This document shows positions 62,880 to 64,000 of a DNA stretch of 64,000 bases, one piece after another; position 1 is the first letter of the stretch; each line of letters opens with the position of its first letter. The stretch spans positions 1,158,481 through 1,222,480 of the forward strand of contig NW_003314281.1 in assembly GCF_000143415.4 (NCBI RefSeq), in the 5' to 3' direction. This stretch comes from Selaginella moellendorffii. Lineage: Eukaryota; Plantae; Lycopodiophyta. The position numbers and the translations under genes were made by a program. The notes beneath the pieces are model-generated. The model was not told the origin of the DNA. It searched no databases and saw nothing but the letters and a program-made list of their open reading frames with translations.

Positions 62880-64000
62880 ACATTTTTCCATGCTATCTAC
62901 TATGCAGTCAGTCCCTGCTTTCCTATCATTTGTGTTAAAAGAAAGTGAGATAGAGTGATTTAAAATGGAAGGGAGTGATCAAAAGAAAAGAAGCGTTGGA
63001 ACCAAGAAACTAGAATTAACTAGGGCCATTTCAGTCTTAGTGTTTTTTTAGTGTTAACCATCAGTTTAGCGCATCTAAAAGGTCTACTTAGTGTTAACAA
63101 ATTTTAGCACATATTTGCCATTATTGAAAATATTTTACATTTTGAGTGAAAATTGACACAAGTAATAGAATAAAAAAGTATATAAATTAATAGATGTTGC
63201 ATAATTTATAATATAGACTAGAAATGTATTAATAAAATAAAGTAAGGCAAGCAGTGTGCTAATATAAATTTTTCACAAGAAATAAAAGAATAATATAAAA
63301 ATGTTAGTATAAAAAGTTTATATAAATTTCGGCTGTAAGGTTTGTAAATACATGTATATACTATTAAATATATATTTTTGTGGGAAAAACAATGGAAGAA
63401 AACATTAAAAAGTTTCGTCCACCTAGAAAAGAAAAATTCATAATAGTATTACTATGAGGAAAAATTAAATATTAAATTCACATATTTAGTTATATATAAT
63501 ATTTTAACTTTATGTCACTTTATAAAGGATTTAAAGACTCACAAATTAATAAAGAAAAATTATATAAAATAATACTTTAATTTTTTCTTGAAAAATTAAA
63601 GATGTGGCAATAAAATTAATAGGCAAGTAAAAATAATATAAAGTTAATCAACCTATTATTTAAATTAGAGAAACAATATTTTATTTACAATCTTGAATAA
63701 AAAAGGTTTATATATAAACAAAAGAAACTAATTTATTATTTATATTATGATACAAATTATTTATTGATCTAACCATCAACTTATTTTAGATAGAAATACT
63801 TAACAATAAAAATAGTTTTCAGTAGAAAAACTATAATATAATTTCATTTTTTATTTAGAAACATTTATAATGACTTTATGACCTTTAAAAATTTACAACA
63901 TCATTAAAAGAAAGTCAGGTTTCAAGGTAATAAGTTATTCATTATAAAACTTTAAAGAAGTTAATATTAAAATGTAAATTTTAATTTAAATATAACTCCA
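62880..64000. other. Very AT-rich non-coding or decayed-repeat DNA
   Basis: Abrupt compositional shift, no ORFs. Confidence 0.5.

Overview
Eukaryotic plant genomic DNA, most likely a lycophyte such as Selaginella (inferred from ~50-80 bp introns, tiny intergenic spacers and GC-rich genes next to AT-decayed LTR nests; not verified). 1-18.7 kb: three copies of one non-coding Ty3/gypsy-type LTR family nested in each other. One copy (1792-9095) has INVERTED rather than direct LTRs yet keeps a perfect 5-bp target-site duplication. 18.7-27 kb: a shuffled, apparently defence-type cluster. It holds an intact intronless receptor kinase whose ectodomain is a kiwellin (kissper + barwin-like double-psi beta-barrel, DPBB) on a non-RD kinase, a decayed second kiwellin-RLK head-to-head with it, and duplicated genes for a secreted 3D-domain (MltA/DPBB-like) protein of a type I associate with fungi and bacteria. 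27-45 kb: a TOP1 pseudogene and more nested gypsy elements. 46-62.4 kb: a very compact gene island (PLAT protein, DCC1-like, CWF18/CCDC12, tail-anchored coiled-coil protein, ArfGAP, MYB-CC TF, mitochondrial RPL11, eukaryote-type CysRS, FtsHi3-like). All family assignments come from recognising motifs by eye; no database searches were run.
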